In this document: one piece after another, positions 21,271 to 31,221 of the stretch
How positions within the stretch are numbered: the first letter of the stretch is position 1
How the letters are laid out: the number at the start of each line of letters is the position of its first letter
Source: Chrysochromulina tobinii
Taxonomy: Eukaryota
Assembly: GCA_001275005.1 (NCBI GenBank)
Contig: JWZX01002904.1
Location: forward strand, 1 to 64,000
Reading direction: 5' to 3'
DNA: 64,000 nt
The notes under the pieces: generated by a model
What the model was told of the DNA's origin: nothing
Database searches by the model: none
What the model saw: only the letters and a program-made list of their open reading frames with translations
Made by a program: the position numbers and the translations under genes

Positions 21271-23128
21271 ATGCTAATGAACAGTCGATCCGTGGTGCCC
21301 CTGGCGGCTGGTTGCGTCGCGACGCTCGCGGCCGCGTATGTTTTTCGCAAGAGGAGTAAGGCCCTGCCGCCCGCGGCCGCGGGTGTGGAAGACTTTCGCG
21401 TCGTAAAGAAGCTCGGTCCATTTGAGAGCTTCGGCGACCTGCTCCAGCGTTTCCAGTGCTGGATCAAATTGCTGAGGGAGTACCCGAAGCTCGTGTCCGT
21501 CTTCGAGGAGCACAAGGCCAACGGCTGGTTTAACTACGGCACGCCTCCCGAGCGCTTCGACGCGCTCCTGTCGCACGTCGCCACGAAGGTGCTTCTCGGT
21601 CTGCGCAAGCATCGCCGCTTCAAGTCTTCCCTCGAGTTCGAGGCCGATCACGCGATCCTGCCAACATACCTGCCGATTGAGGAGGGCGCCGCGGCGGCCA
21701 TCGGCGCTGTCTCCCTCGCCGCGGCCGAACTCTTCGAGCTGCGCACCGGTCGGGCCCAGCGCTGCGTCGTGAGTCAGTCGGGCGCCGGTCTAACAACGGC
21801 GCAGTACCTTTTCGTCTACGTGCAGCCGTCGGGCAAGTGGGGCGGGCTGCACGGCTTTGACGGCACGATGGCCGCCGAGGGCACCGTCAAGCCGCAGCGC
21901 AAGGCGTACGAGTGCAGTGATGGCCGTTGGATCTTCTTGCACGGCGGCTTCCCCAAACTCAAAAAGGGACTCACCGACTTCCTGCAGTGCGAGTGCACGG
22001 TGCCGGCGATGAGCGCCGCGTGCAAGAAGTGGACCGCCGACGAGCTCGAGACAGCGATGCAGGTGATTGCCGCTGGTGGACACTGATTGCGATTGATCGC
22101 CATAGATCGCCACTGATTGCCACTGACGAGCTCGAGTCGGAGATGCACTGATTGCCACTGATTGCCATTGATTGCCACTGACGAGCTCGAGTCGGAGATG
22201 CAGGCGAAGGGGCTTGCGGCGACCAAGTGCCGCACGCCCGCCGAGTGGCGTGCGTGCGAGCAGGGCAAGGCGGTCAAGGATCTGCCGCCGATCGTGATGG
22301 AGCCGCTCCGCTACTTGGAGGACGCCCGTGACGGCGCCTCGATCTCGGCGGCGCCGAGATTGCTCCCCTCGAAGGCAGCGCGGCCACTCTCCGACGTCCT
22401 TGTGCTCGACTTTTCGCACGTGATCGCCAGGTGAGGGCTCGGGATGGCACGGGATTGCACACGATAGCACCGCTCGGGATGGCGCCGCCGCCTGAGTGCC
22501 CGAGCTCGATGGTTTCACACGCGGATCGATCGTGTTTCACACATGTTTCACACATGGCTCGCAGCCCAGTCGTCGGGCGCACCCTCGCCGATCACGGGGC
22601 GACTGTCCTCAAGATCATCTCTCATGAGAGGCCGCGGCGCGAGATGTTCGATTGCGAGACCAATCACGGCAAGCGCACGCTCGTGTTAGAGCTATCGACG
22701 GCAGAGGGCAAGCAGCGGCTGTGGGATCTTCTCAAGGTGAGCGCTCGGATGGCCCTCAGATGGACCTCTAATGACCTCTAATGACCTCTAATGACCTCTA
22801 ATGGCCCTCGGATGGCCGCGGAAGGCCTCCGATGTGGCCGTCGGAAGGCCGCGGATTACTTCTGATCGGTTCTGATGGCCGCTGATTGCCGTCGCAGGTG
22901 GCCGATGTGGTGATCGACGGATTTGCCAACGCGGCGCTCGCGCGGCGCGGCTTCCCGATCGACGAAGTCCTCCTTCGCAATCCTCACCTCATCTACCTCG
23001 ATCTCACGTGCTTCGGTCACGTCGGGCCTCTGGCAAACGGGAAGGGCTTCCAGCAGAATGCCAACTTCGCGGCCGGCGTGGCCGGGATCGAGGATGAGGA
23101 GCTGCTTGGCTATCAGCTCGTCTCGCAG
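21271..23128 (+). CDS. CoA-transferase family III (CaiB/BaiF) protein, exons 21271-22062, 22204-22430, 22565-22736, 22898-23128; C-terminus missing
   Basis: YECSDGRWIFLHGGFP; RPLSDVLVLDFSHVIASPVVGRTLADHGA; NHGKRTLVLELSTAEGKQRLWDLLKVADVVIDGF; TCFGHVGPLANGKGFQQ. All junctions are GT-AG and in frame. Confidence 0.82.
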
Positions 23129-23362
23129 GTGAGTGCCTCTAAGTGCCTCTGAGTGCCTCTGAGTGCCTCTGAGTGTCACTTGAGTGCCTCTGAGTGCCTC
23201 TGAGTGCCTCTGAGTGCCTCTGAGTGCCTACTGAGTGCCTCTGAGTGCCTCTGAGTGCCTCTGAGTGCCTACTGAGTGCCTCTGAGTGCCTACGGAGTAC
23301 CCTCTGAGTGCCTCTGAGTGCCTACGGAGTACCCTCTGAGTGCCTACTGAGTGCCTCAGTGC
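23129..23362 (+). repeat. Intronic (TGAGTGCCTC)n minisatellite
   Basis: About 20 imperfect copies of a 10-nt unit starting at the GTGAGT donor. Confidence 0.95.
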
Positions 23363-23409
23363 CATCGAATTCCTCTGAGCGACCTTACTCGTAACGGATG
23401 GCCTCGCAG

Positions 23410-24120
23410 GACTTTCCCTTTGTGCTGCCCCCGAGCGCCGCGGTTAGCTTCACCTCCCTCGACGACGGCTTCTACGCGCCCGTCAAGAATGCCCGGGACG
23501 ACGCTGTGAAGAGGGCCGCGGCTGGGCAGGCGTCCGGCGGCGCCGCCGCGGGCGAGCATGCGATCTACGCCTTCAACCGAAGGCTGCTGGCGCTCGCGGG
23601 CAGCCGACTGCCGCCCGCCGCGAAGGCGATCGTTGGGGGCGTCACCGTCGACGCCGGTTCACGCGTCGTGTTGGGCGCCTTCTTTCGGCCGACGCTCGGG
23701 ATTGGGATCGCGCGTCTGGGCGGCGGCGCGGCCATCTCGCTCAGCGCACGCTCCTCGCTGTGCCTCGACGGCGAGATCGACATCTCGCACCTCGAGCTCG
23801 ACGGCGCGCTGACGATCCGCGCCGTGCCGGGCGCGCGCGTCACCGTGCGCCAGCTGCGCGTCGTCAACGACGGCCAGGCCTTGCGAGAGCTCACCTCCGA
23901 CGAGCTCGGCTCGGCCCAAATCTCCGAGACAATCTCCGAGATTGCGCGGCTCCGTGGGTACGAGTTGGTGCCTCCGGGAGAGTCCGCAGGCAGGGTCTTC
24001 AACTTCGTGGCTCCGGGCGACTTCCTCATCGATGAGGAGTGGGCGCCCGAGGCAGCGCCCTCTGAAGCTCCGGCCGCCACGGCCGAAGGGGCGCCCAGCA
24101 CGGCGCTGGGAAAAGAGTAA
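23410..24120 (+). CDS. C-terminal exon of a UDP-sugar pyrophosphorylase (USP)-like protein; N-terminal catalytic part absent
   Basis: DFPFVLPPSAAVSFT..YAPVKNA..GEHAIYAFNRRLL..SARSSLCLDG..LELDGALTI..VVNDG..ARLRGYE parallels the plant USP C-terminus (QDYP..VGFT..YAPVKN..SGEMAIY..LSLDGAL..IRIRGF). CAG acceptor at 23407-23409. Confidence 0.75.
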   Translation, partial: DFPFVLPPSAAVSFTSLDDGFYAPVKNARDDAVKRAAAGQASGGAAAGEHAIYAFNRRLLALAGSRLPPAAKAIVGGVTVDAGSRVVLGAFFRPTLGIGIARLGGGAAISLSARSSLCLDGEIDISHLELDGALTIRAVPGARVTVRQLRVVNDGQALRELTSDELGSAQISETISEIARLRGYELVPPGESAGRVFNFVAPGDFLIDEEWAPEAAPSEAPAATAEGAPSTALGKE

Positions 24121-24319
24121 GGACGAGCGGACGGGTGATTGGGTTGAGTGTCGACGGGTCTCCTTTTCTCGTGAACCTAGTCTGCTGACGGCGGTCTCAC
24201 AGATCGTCTGAGTGTGAACCACTCTTTTTTAGGGTCGCTCGGATCTCGTCGCTCGCTCGCTTGCCTCCATCATTCTTGATCACGAATCACCCGCGCGCGA
24301 CGGACACACGACGGTCAGG

Positions 24320-26011
24320 ATGGCCTATGCACATCCCATATTCATCAGCCATCTCGTGGCGGACCCACGATTCGCCATGGGTATCGCCATACCACAGTCA
24401 GGTATCCCGCAGTACGTCGCCATGCCGCAGTTAGTTGCCATGCCGCAGTCAGACGCACAATCGCAGTCAGTGACTCTCCCATCGCGGGGTCACTGGACCG
24501 AGCACGAGGATCGCACTCTGACGGAAGCCGTTCAACGCACCGGCACGGGAAATTGGAATGCGATCGCAGCGGTGGTGGGCCGCAACCAGAAGCGATGCCG
24601 CGAACGCTGGCACAATCACCTCGATACGAGTAAGATACGTAAGGGTGATTGGACAGAGGAGGAGGATTGTATCATCGACGAGGCGGTTGCTCGGATGGGA
24701 CACAAGTGGATGGAGATCGCCAAACTCCTGCCGCCAGGCCGCAGCGGCGAATCGGTCAAGAACCGATATAAACGCGCGCGCAACGCCCCCCATGCGACTT
24801 CATCGGGCGACAGCATCACCATCGAGGAGGCAGCATTACTCCCACGCCCAGAGACCGGCGGCGAAGTTCGCGCCGACGCTTTTCAGTGTCGATCCGCTGC
24901 AGGTGCCTCCGCTGCCTTGCTAGCCGCGGCCCACGACTGGCGACGGAAACTGCGCGTCGTAGTCTTGACATCCGCCGACGGCCATCCCGACGGGTGGACT
25001 CCTACCGAGGAGATGCGTAGCCTGCTAGGCGCCATCGAAGAGCTCGGCACCACCAGAGTGGACCACGTGGACTGGGAGGAGCTCGACGCGGGCTCGATAG
25101 CCGATGCCGCCGCCGTGCTCCCGCTCATGGCATGGTCGATGAGCGTGAGCGATGAGCATTGCGAGCGGTTCGTTCAGTTGTTGCGCCGAATGTCTGCGGC
25201 GGGCGCACGGCCAGAAGCGGACCTCCGCGTGCTGTCCTGGGCAGCGCACAAGCGCTACCTACTCGAGCTTGGTGCCGCGGGCGTGCCCGTCGTGCCAACG
25301 GTCCTGGTGTCGGCCGGGGCCTCGGAGGCGGGGTTTGTGGCCGCCCGCAACGAGCTCGATGTGATCTGCCCTCGGTTCGTCAAGACGGCGCGCCGCACAT
25401 GCGTGGTCAAGCCGGCCGTTGGGGGGGGTGGCGACGGCGTCGAGCTGCTGCTCGACGGCGACGTGGGCGCTCCTGCCCTCGCCCACCTCGCTAGCGTGCT
25501 CGAGCGGCGTGAGATGCTCGTGCAGCCCTTTTTGCCGCGCGTGCAAACTGAGGGCGAGCTCGCCTTTGTGTTCGTGAATGAGGCGCTGCTTCATGCGGTG
25601 CGCAAGCTGCCCGAGGGATGGGGTGGTCAGGAGCAGGAGTACGCGGCAGAGGCGGGACGCGCAAGCGAGCCGCGTTTGCATGCGTCGCAAGCGCAGCCAG
25701 TCCAAAAGCTCACGTCCCCGCCTCTGGCCGCGCTCACGACGGCGCGTCGGGCGCTTGCGGAGGCGCGCAGGCTCGCGGGGCTCGCCGACAACGCTCCGCC
25801 CCTCTTCCTCGCGCGCGTGGACCTGCTACCGGCCGCCGGCGAGGATGCCGCTGAGCCCTCCGACGTGCCCGTCGCGTCCGAGTGGCTTGTGAGTGAGTTG
25901 GAGATTGGGTGGCCGCACCTCTTCTTGAGAGCCGACGAGACGGGGCATGAGGCGGCCGCAGAGGTGGCGCGCGGCTTGTGCCGCCACTTGGACTTGCGAG
26001 CCGATGGATGA
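24320..26011 (+). CDS. R2R3-MYB domain fused to a RimK/glutathione-synthetase-like ATP-grasp domain
   Basis: RGHWTEHEDRTL...NWNAIA..GRNQKRCRERWHNHL..RKGDWTEEED..GHKWMEIAKLLPPGRSGESVKNRY, then HKRYLLELGAAGVPVVPT, VVKPAVGGGG, LVQPFL, GELAFVF, ARVDL, SELEIGWPHLFL. Confidence 0.8.
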   Translation: MAYAHPIFISHLVADPRFAMGIAIPQSGIPQYVAMPQLVAMPQSDAQSQSVTLPSRGHWTEHEDRTLTEAVQRTGTGNWNAIAAVVGRNQKRCRERWHNHLDTSKIRKGDWTEEEDCIIDEAVARMGHKWMEIAKLLPPGRSGESVKNRYKRARNAPHATSSGDSITIEEAALLPRPETGGEVRADAFQCRSAAGASAALLAAAHDWRRKLRVVVLTSADGHPDGWTPTEEMRSLLGAIEELGTTRVDHVDWEELDAGSIADAAAVLPLMAWSMSVSDEHCERFVQLLRRMSAAGARPEADLRVLSWAAHKRYLLELGAAGVPVVPTVLVSAGASEAGFVAARNELDVICPRFVKTARRTCVVKPAVGGGGDGVELLLDGDVGAPALAHLASVLERREMLVQPFLPRVQTEGELAFVFVNEALLHAVRKLPEGWGGQEQEYAAEAGRASEPRLHASQAQPVQKLTSPPLAALTTARRALAEARRLAGLADNAPPLFLARVDLLPAAGEDAAEPSDVPVASEWLVSELEIGWPHLFLRADETGHEAAAEVARGLCRHLDLRADG

Positions 26012-26340
26012 GCCAACGTGGCGCTGCCGAACAGCCGACGTGCGAGTTAAGTGATTTGTGTAGAGGTTGCAGTACTCGTCGCTCAGGTAGCGAGGCGGTG
26101 CTTAAAGCATCGCGAGATCGAGGGTCGAAACGGCGTCCCGTCGATTCAAATTCCCACGAGGAAAGAAAGCCTCCGCCGATTGCTCCCACACCACGGCGTG
26201 TGTTCGCCCAAGTAGCCTCGCGAAGAAGCAAGCGCGCGAGGTCGCAAGAGAGGTTGTCGGTGCGTCGCCGTCGTTCGAATTCGCCTGCGAGACTGCGCCG
26301 ATCTGAGATCCCCCCGTCCCTCAATTTCGGACAGGCAATC

Positions 26341-28113
26341 ATGTTGGACATGGCTAAGCGTATGGCCAAGGACGCCGTCATCAAGGCGGCGGGCACGGAG
26401 ATTGAGAAGAAGATTGCAGAGGCCACGAGCAACAAGCCGTGGGGCGCGTCGTCGACGATGCTTGCCGAAATTGCGCAGTCGACGTACGACTACCAAGAGT
26501 ACACCGAGGTGATGGCCTGCGTGTGGAAGCGCGTCGGCGAGAAAGGCGTCAACTGGCGCATTTGCTACAAGGCGCTCAACCTGCTCGACTACCTCATCCG
26601 CAACGGCTCGGAGCGCTCGATCGAGGACTCGAAAGACCACATGTACCAGCTGCGCGCGCTGCAGGAGTTCCAGTATAAGAGCCCCGAGGGCAAGGACGAG
26701 GGCATCAACGTCCGCGAGAAGTCGAAGCAGATCTGCGAGCTCCTCAACGACGCCCCGCGGCTCAAGGAGGAGCGTGATAAGGCGCGGCAGAACCGTGGCA
26801 AGTTCTCGGGCACGAGCTCGGAGCAGATGCAGGGCTTCGGCTCGAGCAGCGGCGGTGGCGGTGGAGCCAAGAAGTTTGGAGGCATGTCGAGCGAAGACGC
26901 GAGGAGCGGCGGCGACGGCGGTGGTGGCTACGCCTCGGGCGGCATTGGGAGCAAGGGCACTGAGAAACCGTGGGAGCCTCCCTCGCGCGCAAGGGAGGCG
27001 CCCTCGGCGCCCGCGCCCGCGGCCTCGTTCGCCGCGAGCGCGGATAAGATCTCCGTCAACATCCCTGGCCGCTCCTCCGCGCCGAAGCCCACGCCTCCCA
27101 AACCCGTCGTGGCCGCCGACCCCTTCGCGATGGGGGGCACCGACGCCTTCAGCGCGGGGTTCGACTCGGGCTTCAGTGCTAGCTTCGGCGCGCCCGCGCC
27201 CGCACCCGCGGCGCCCAACTTTTCGGCCACCTTCGACGCCTTCGGCTCCGCTCCCGCGCCCGCGCCTGCGCCCGCGCCCGCCTTCGCCGCCTCGTTTGGC
27301 GGTGGCTTCGATGCGGCCTTCGGGGCTGCGCCGACGCCGCCGCCGGCGATGCCCGCGGCTCCGCCTCCCGGCTTTGGTGGCGTGGCGCCGCCCGGAGCCT
27401 TCAGTGGGGTCTTCGGCGGCCCCGACCCGTTCGCCGACAGCTCCGGCTTCCAGGCAGCCGAGCCGGCGAAGCCGGTGAAGGAAAAGACAGCCGCCGAGTT
27501 GATGATGGAGAAGGCTATGGGAGGCATCACGCTTGGACCGAACGCGCACGCGCCGGCGCCCGCCGCACCCAAGGCCGTTGGGATGGCACAGCTCAAGGGG
27601 AGTGCGCCGGCGGGCGCGCCGGCGCCGATGGGCGGCATGGGCGGCGGTATGGGCGGCATGGGCGGCGGAATGCCCGGTGGCATGGGCGGCATGGGCGGCG
27701 GCATGCCCGGCGGCGGAATGCCCGGCGGCATGGGCGGCATGGGCGGCGGAATGATGGGCGGTGGAATGATGGGCGGTGGCATGATGGGCGGTGGCATGAT
27801 GGGCGGCGGCATGGGCGGCGGCATGATGGGCGGCGGCATGGGCGGCGGCATGCCCGGCCAGATGGGCGGCATGCCGCCTCGCCCAGGCATGCCCGGCCAG
27901 ATGGGCGGCGGCATGGGCGGCGGCATGGGCGGCGGCATGGGCGGCGGCATGCCCGGCCAGATGGGTGGCGGCATGGGCGGCATGGGCGGCATGCCGGGCC
28001 AGATGGGCGGCGGCATGCCCGGCGGCATGGGCGGCGGCATGGGCGGCGGCATGGGCAACCTCGCCAACCAGATGGGTGGGATGAATATGGGCGGCCAGGG
28101 CTGGAAGATGTGA
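26341..28113 (+). CDS. Epsin/ENTH-domain clathrin adaptor with DPF motifs and Gly/Met-rich tail
   Basis: EIEKKIAEATSNKPWGAS..NWRICYKALNLLDYLIRNGSER..GKDEGINVREKSKQICELLND..LKEER; DPF motifs; (GGM)n tail. Confidence 0.92.
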   Translation: MLDMAKRMAKDAVIKAAGTEIEKKIAEATSNKPWGASSTMLAEIAQSTYDYQEYTEVMACVWKRVGEKGVNWRICYKALNLLDYLIRNGSERSIEDSKDHMYQLRALQEFQYKSPEGKDEGINVREKSKQICELLNDAPRLKEERDKARQNRGKFSGTSSEQMQGFGSSSGGGGGAKKFGGMSSEDARSGGDGGGGYASGGIGSKGTEKPWEPPSRAREAPSAPAPAASFAASADKISVNIPGRSSAPKPTPPKPVVAADPFAMGGTDAFSAGFDSGFSASFGAPAPAPAAPNFSATFDAFGSAPAPAPAPAPAFAASFGGGFDAAFGAAPTPPPAMPAAPPPGFGGVAPPGAFSGVFGGPDPFADSSGFQAAEPAKPVKEKTAAELMMEKAMGGITLGPNAHAPAPAAPKAVGMAQLKGSAPAGAPAPMGGMGGGMGGMGGGMPGGMGGMGGGMPGGGMPGGMGGMGGGMMGGGMMGGGMMGGGMMGGGMGGGMMGGGMGGGMPGQMGGMPPRPGMPGQMGGGMGGGMGGGMGGGMPGQMGGGMGGMGGMPGQMGGGMPGGMGGGMGGGMGNLANQMGGMNMGGQGWKM

Positions 28114-28649
28114 AACGTGTTCATGCGGAAGCGTCGCGGCACGAGCGCAAGGGTTTTAGTGCCGAACCATGCAGTGATGTCGTACCGGAGAGAGGTGGGG
28201 GGCGAGGGGTGGGCCTGCGGTAGGCGGGGAGTTCCCCTCTCCGCTCCCTAGGTCCCTTCTGCAGCGCCATGTTGGGGGTCTGGAGCCTGTGGGGCTGCTG
28301 CGGGATTGGGACCTTGGGGCTGTGTCGCTGTGTCGCTGTGCCGTGCCAAACCGTGGGCCGTCGTGCCGTCGCGTGCGTGTGCCGTTGCGCGTGTGTGCGC
28401 TCTCTGACTCTCGAGTCTCGTGTGCACGAGCACAGTAGAAGGGTGTTAGTGTGCGCGCTGTCGTCCGGGGCGGAGCGCGCGGGGCCGCGGCATGCCCGCA
28501 CGCGTGGGGGGGGCTATGCGCGATGTCGGGTTGTCGGCGAATCGCCGATGTGACAGAGGCGTTTTGCGTGTTGAAACAGTGGTGAATGGAAGGCGCCAGG
28601 AGTTCTTTTCAGAGCTGACCTTTTCGCGTGTTGTGCATGCTGAATTCAC

Positions 28650-30394
28650 ATGGGGAAGAACAAGCCGAAGCGCAAGTCAGCCGACTCGGCCTCTTCAATG
28701 TCTCGACGATACATTGCACTGGCTCTCTCAGGCGCCGCGATCGCCGTCACGATCGCCGTCAATGTGGCTCGCGCGAGATCGACGCAGCCGCCTGCGACCG
28801 CGGATCCGACATCTGGAAAGGCAACGACGACGCAGGCTCCCTCTAAGCACCTCAGCTGGTCGCTGGAGCCCAATGGAGGTGGTGAGCCCACGCCGCTGCT
28901 CGTGGGATCGTGGCGTTCGCAGCTGCATGGGAGCTACCCCGAGGCTTGGCGCGTCCGCCTTTTTAGCGAAGCTGGTGACGAGGTGCTCTGGTCCGAGCGA
29001 GGAGGCAAGAGCAGCGACAGCACTGCCGTTGCGGCGGTGCCCGCACACTCGCGGCTCTTTGCGGTGATCGACGATTATCCGTTCATGTGGTCGCTCACGC
29101 CGGACGTGCGATCCGTCGACGTGGGGCCAGAGGCCGACGGAGCCGTGGATGCCGAGCGGCGCCAGCTCGACCGCCCCCGGGTTGGTGAGGCAAGAGATGA
29201 CGGCGCTCACGGAGATGATGGCGCTCACGACGTCGCTCAGGCCGGCGGGCGGCGGCGCATCGTCGAGCTGCGCGTAGTGTCCGAGTCGCCACGCGTGCTC
29301 GTGGCGGACAACGTCCTCTCCGAAGCCGAGTGCAACGCGGTACAGGCTGCCGGGCTGCCGTTGCTCGAAACCAGCGTCACCTTCGTCGGCGGCAGAATGA
29401 TCGACGACAAATCGGCGGTGGACAAGGCGCTCCAGCCTCGCACCTCCTCAACGGCTTGGATCAACAGCTCGTGGCTCGGGGCGATCGACGAGCAGACGGG
29501 GCGGCTCGTGCGCTCGGCACAACGCCGTCTCTCACGACTCGCGCGCCTTCCACTCATGGGCACGGAGAACCTGCAGGTGTCGAGTGCATGCTGATTGCAA
29601 CTGAGTGCCTTCCACTCATGGGCACGGAGAACCTGCAGGTGTCGAGTGCATGCTGATTGCGACTGAGTGCCTTCCACTCATGGGCACGGAGAACCTGCAG
29701 GTGTCGAGTGCATGCTGATTGCGTCTGAGTGCCGCTTTCATTGGAGAACCTGCAGGCCGCTTTCATTGGAGAACCTGCAGGCGTCGAGTGAATGCGGAGT
29801 GCCACTGAGTGCCTCCTTCCTTGGAGAGATTTGCAGGTGTTGAGGTATGGCGTGGGGGATCATTATCACTACCACTTGGACAATGGCGGCTCGAGTGCGA
29901 TCTCGGGGCGGGTGCTTACCGCCCTCGTATACCTGAGCGACGCACAAGGGGGCGAGACCAACTGGCCGATGGCCAACGGCACCGATCGAGCGCCCCTCGA
30001 CGCCGTCGATCGAGACCTGAGCAAGCCGAATGCCGTACAATGGAATCACGTGCACCGGCTGCGTGAGCACTTCCACAACTGCCAGACCACACAAGGACTG
30101 ACGTTGGCGCCCCGACGCGGGACGGTCGCGCTCTTCTATTCGATACTGCCCAACAGCGCGGAGAAGGATTGGATGGCGTGGCACGCCTCCTGCGACGTGC
30201 ACAGCGGGACCAAGTGGGCTGCCAACTTTTGGTGGCAGTTGCACCTTTTGCGAGAGAAGAGGGCCCCGGCTCCCGGTGCATGCGCCGACTCGGAGCCCTC
30301 GTGCGCCGCATGGGCCACGAGCGGCGAGTGCGCGAAAAATCGAGAGTACATGTCACAGAACTGCCGAAAGGCGTGCGGATTGTGTGGAGTGTGA
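28650..30394 (+). CDS. Prolyl 4-hydroxylase alpha-like 2OG-Fe(II) oxygenase with C-terminal ShKT; intron 29577-29836
   Basis: SPRVLVADNVLSEAEC, RTSSTAW, ENLQ|VLRYGVGDHYHYHLD, RVLTALVYLSD..GGETNWP, HASCDVHSGTKWAAN; ShKT CADSEPSCAAWATSGECAKNREYMSQNCRKACGLC. Confidence 0.9.
29545..29836 (+). repeat. 62-nt tandem units in the P4H intron, each containing a copy of the exon 3' end
   Basis: Units 29577-29638 and 29639-29700 are GTGTCGAGTGCATGCTGATTGCRACTGAGT plus the last 32 nt of exon 1; degenerate copies follow. Confidence 0.9.
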
Positions 30395-31221
30395 AAGTCC
30401 GCCAGTGGCCGTGCCGTGCGAGGACTGCGCTACCAAAGTGCAGCACCGCGGCCGACAGCGTACACGTTGCTCTTTCGTTTCGTTTGCTGGCACAGGGTGG
30501 CCGTCTGGCCGATGCACGTCGTGGTCGCGTGCACTCTGCACAGCGCCGTTCCGTCCGCTCGGCTGGGGCCCGGGGGCGGGGCGGCCTTGGGGCGGCCAGG
30601 TCAGGCAGGTTGGACCGTCCAACCGCTCCCGCCGGCGGGGCGGTTACACGTGTAGCGCTGGCGGACACTCGACCCTCCGCACACTCACACTACACGCACA
30701 CCGACCTCACTCCTCAGCCTCGCGCGCTCACACAGCGGGGAATCAATATATAATTATATATCAACTAATCAACGCGGCTGGGGGGGGACCCGGCGGGGAA
30801 GAGTGCACCGCTGCTCCGTTCGTCCCTTCGTAGGGTGGAACAGCTGTGAACGCTTCACGCCCCGGCCCACGCTCGACGCTGTCTCCGGCCGCGGTGCATG
30901 GTGTGTCTGACCACGCGCGGCCCGCGCCGGCTCGCCCGGACAGCTCGCAGCTGTGCCGTGTGCCGAGGCCCGAGCTGCAGCTGGCAGCTCGGGGCCGCGT
31001 GACCGTGTGCGAGGCGTGAGCGCGCGCGGCGCGGCGATCGGATGTGGGTCGATCTTCGATGGCGATCGGACGTCGCAAATAAACTTTACGACTAGTGCGG
31101 TCGTGGCAAGTCCAAGTGGCGGTGCGTATACGAACGACGGCGGTAAATGTACTTCACACTCGTAGAGCCTACTCAGAAGTGCGGGAGTCAGTGATCCATT
31201 TGCGATTTGGCGCTGCGGTGC

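Noticed and set aside
23129..23362. Telomere-like repeat
   Set aside because: The unit TGAGTGCCTC is not a telomeric motif and lies inside a GT-AG intron.
27627..28060. GGCGGCATG tandem repeats as a satellite or mobile element
   Set aside because: In-frame Gly/Met low-complexity tail of the epsin.
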